Origin: Gekko japonicus
Lineage: Eukaryota
Assembly (NCBI RefSeq): GCF_001447785.1
Contig: NW_015167580.1
Location: 396,687-460,198 of the forward strand
Direction of reading: 5' to 3'
Length of the DNA stretch: 63,512 nucleotides
The notes under the pieces were generated by a model. It was not told the origin of the DNA. It saw only the letters and a program-made list of their open reading frames with translations, and ran no database searches. Position 1 is the first letter of the stretch. Every line of letters starts with the position of its first letter. Of this stretch, positions 60,846 to 63,512 are shown piece after piece. The position numbers and the translations under genes are program-made.

Positions 60846-63001
60846 ACACAGTGATACCATCAAATGGGGAACTGAGAAAAAATCTCTCCCCTGGTGCTCA
60901 GTACGGAACACCCAAGCTTTGCAACATGCAATTTTATCCTTAGGGAACAAATCTATGATCTGGCAGTTTGGTGGCTCAAATGTTTTCTTAGCTGCAAACA
61001 CTTGAGGTGCTCCTTAGGCCACTAATTGGCTCTGAGACTCAACGTCTCCCCCTGCATAATGGGACTAATACGAATGCAGGCCTCACAGGGCAGAAGAATT
61101 TTGAATACTGATGACATGCTGGGTTCTTTAAAAAGGTCTTAACATGAAATATAATATTCTTTTAGCATTGAATGGATCGATTTCTTGCTTTTATCAGCAT
61201 CACTTCTAGAATTAGTTTATTTGCCTTGTATCAATATGAAACACAAAAAATGAATTTGAAGCAGGAAGTTATGTTTCCAGGCATCCCACTTCGGACTCTT
61301 TGACTTTAACATTTCCTGGTGAATTTTGGGATATGATGGCAGCATACAGATGAGCACCTCGCCTTGGGGTGAAAGTGGACAGAATTGAGCACCGACTGAG
61401 CTTTCTCCCAGGAAGTGCTTATGGGGAAAGGAGGAGAGGCACAACCTAAAAGAGAAGGAATATGGATTCCCATCCAAAGAGAAGATGTGCTTCCCTCTTC
61501 CCTGATTTCAGATGTGTTTCTTAAAGTATATTTTATCAAATTTACTACACTTTCTAGAAAATCCATGAAAAACAATTGGAGCAAAAGGCAAACAATTCCT
61601 CTCATTTCCTGCCCACTGTTCCCATCTGGCAGATGTTTTCCAACAAGGTCTGCAATTCCACTGCCCGTAAAAGAAAATTTGGATGAAAGTCTCTGGGCAA
61701 GAGTACTTCCTTTGCTTAGACTCATACAAAGAACTCTGTTGGAGTTCTTCCAAGAATCATCAATATTAATCATCTCTAAGAGCTGGCTAGAGTAGGGAAT
61801 CAGTGTGTAAATATTTTAGATAATTTAATTAAATGTAAGTGGCCAGACCTGAAAACACTCATGATGGAGTGGAAACATCCTAGGTCCTAAATAATTACAG
61901 CAACTGCTGACGAGCAAAGCATCAAGGGTGCCTTGATCTATAAATACTGGAGCTGGCCATATTGGCTTTCTGAGTCAAGTGGTGGAAGGACAGAGCCTAT
62001 GCTCAAGTGCAATGCTTTGTCGTTTCCCCAAGAGGATATGCATTCTCTCTGTCTTTCTCAAGCACAAATTGTTGCAGCATTAGACTGGGGAATGTGCAGT
62101 TTTCAGCCATTTTTAAAAAGGAAGGGGAAATGCAGTGAAAGGCTTAGGGCATTGCTGCAACCAAATATATAGATTTGTCTAACAACGTGGAAAGCCATAA
62201 ACTGCAAACGTGATAATATCACTGTAACATGACAGGAAGACCGGGAACCAGAGTTTTGAGTGGACAATGGGCACCTGACAAAGAAAGCTGGGGATAGGAG
62301 GCACAAGCTGAGCATAGGGAGGTGCGCTGTAGTAAGGAACACGCCAAGGATGAAAAACACGAAGTCATTAACTGTACCACTGAAGGATATTGCCTCACCC
62401 TCTTGCTGCTTTTCTCCGTATGCTTGCAGTGCAAAGTAGGAGAGATGGCACCGTTTGTCTTTGCGTCTGGCACCTGAGCACCAAGAGCTTAGAAAAGCAG
62501 CAAAAAATGCACCCCCACATGTCACCCCAAGCCACAGAGATCAATTCATCAGCAAATGACTCCAGTGAGACAAAAACAATGCAAACTGTTCAAGTCCCAC
62601 ACCCATCACCCCACATGCTACTGCTATTTACTAAATCAGACCACTTGTTTCTTTAGGTCAATACTGTCCGCTCTGAATGGTAGCAGCCCTCCTGTGTCTT
62701 ATATAGAAGCCCTCCCATCATCAGCTATCTGATGCTACTCACTGGAGGGTCCAGGACTTGAAACTGGTCTGGGAACATCTGCATTCCAGGCAGATGCTCC
62801 ACCACTGAGCCACAGCCCCTTCCCAAGATAAACCATCAACTGTACCAACAGTCTAACTGGTCGAAATGTGTGTCTCTTCCAGTATTCTAGTGAAGAGAGG
62901 TCTCTGCTGTGTCCCGATGAGGCTGAGAATGCAGGGCAATTAATTCCTAGTTGCTCGATACAAAGTAGCAAGATATGATCCCGTATGCCCCGTGCTTAAC
63001 A

Positions 63002-63512
63002 CCTTCCCTGCCTCCCAGGAGCAAAATTAGGATTGGAGCCAAATGTTCAATGCAGTCCCAAAACATTTCTTACAGCCCCAGAGGAAATTCAAATGGCATC
63101 CTTTTTGTGACCTGACTGAAACACTGGGCGATTTCTCACTAGAGCTGCCTCGCAGCGCAGCCCCGTTTGCCCCGACAGAAATATGTTAATTTCACACCCG
63201 AGGCTGCAGGGCTGCCCGATTTCCTCTGCAGTTTTGTGATCCTGGTTTTTGAGGATCACGAAACTGCGGAGGGAATCAGGCGAAGCCACGGGTCAAATGC
63301 AGCCCTGCAGCCTCGGGTGTGAAATTAACATATTTCTGTCGGGGCAAACGGGGCTGCGCTGCGAGGCAGCTCTAGTGAGAAATCGCCCAGTGTTTCAGTC
63401 AGGTCACAAAAAGGATGCCATTTGAATTTCCTCTGGGGCTGTAAGAAATGTTTTGGGACTGCATTGAACATTTGGCTCCAATCCTAATTTTGCTCCTGGG
63501 AGGCAGGGAAGG
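63002..63512. repeat. Perfect inverted repeat, 214-bp arms with an 83-bp loop, running to the window end
   Basis: 63299-63512 is the exact reverse complement of 63002-63215. Confidence 0.92.

Larger units (their letters stand above)
3928..60885 (+). other. IGL: Immunoglobulin lambda light-chain V-gene cluster (no J or C seen)
   Basis: Repeated units of 46-nt leader exon, ~85-100 bp GT-AG intron, V exon (QP(V/A)L(T/S)[43 protein letters not shown]) and a heptamer/23-bp spacer/nonamer RSS. A 23-RSS on a light-chain V is the lambda configuration. Confidence 0.95.

Noticed and set aside
3928-60885. TCR, IgH, kappa or bona fide VPREB identity
   Set aside because: The 23-[12 protein letters not shown] start and EDEADYYC motif indicate lambda. 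True VpreB lacks an RSS and has a C-terminal tail.
61270-61800. 155-aa and 126-aa ORFs
   Set aside because: Probably a decayed LINE fragment. No motif was clear enough to call.

Overview
Squamate reptile genomic DNA (Sauria SINE, Squam3-like CORE-SINE, BovB/RTE and CR1 content; gecko-like, species not determinable). The window is part of an immunoglobulin lambda light-chain V-gene array. It holds 14 complete leader-intron-V-23RSS units of the IGLV5/IGLV9/VpreB-related clan, all on the + strand: 11 look intact, 2 have premature stops and 1 has a CCCAGTG heptamer. There is also a 3' V fragment and a decayed V of another family; no J or C exons are seen. Nine V genes end in an in-frame TAA one base before the RSS. 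The promoters use a CCAAT / GC-box / heavy-chain-orientation octamer / TATA layout. Spacers are filled with nested TEs (L1, CR1, RTE, SINEs, hAT and Harbinger MITEs, a Helitron). The most unusual object is a TSD-flanked, A-tailed U2 snRNA retrocopy split at U2 nt 37/38 (the Keno/Utopia target site) by a 226-bp insert, itself nested inside a MITE. Most ORFs in the six-frame track are spurious. N gaps lie at 7093-7140, 39926-40278 and 59059-59104, and the window ends in a perfect 214-bp fold-back.
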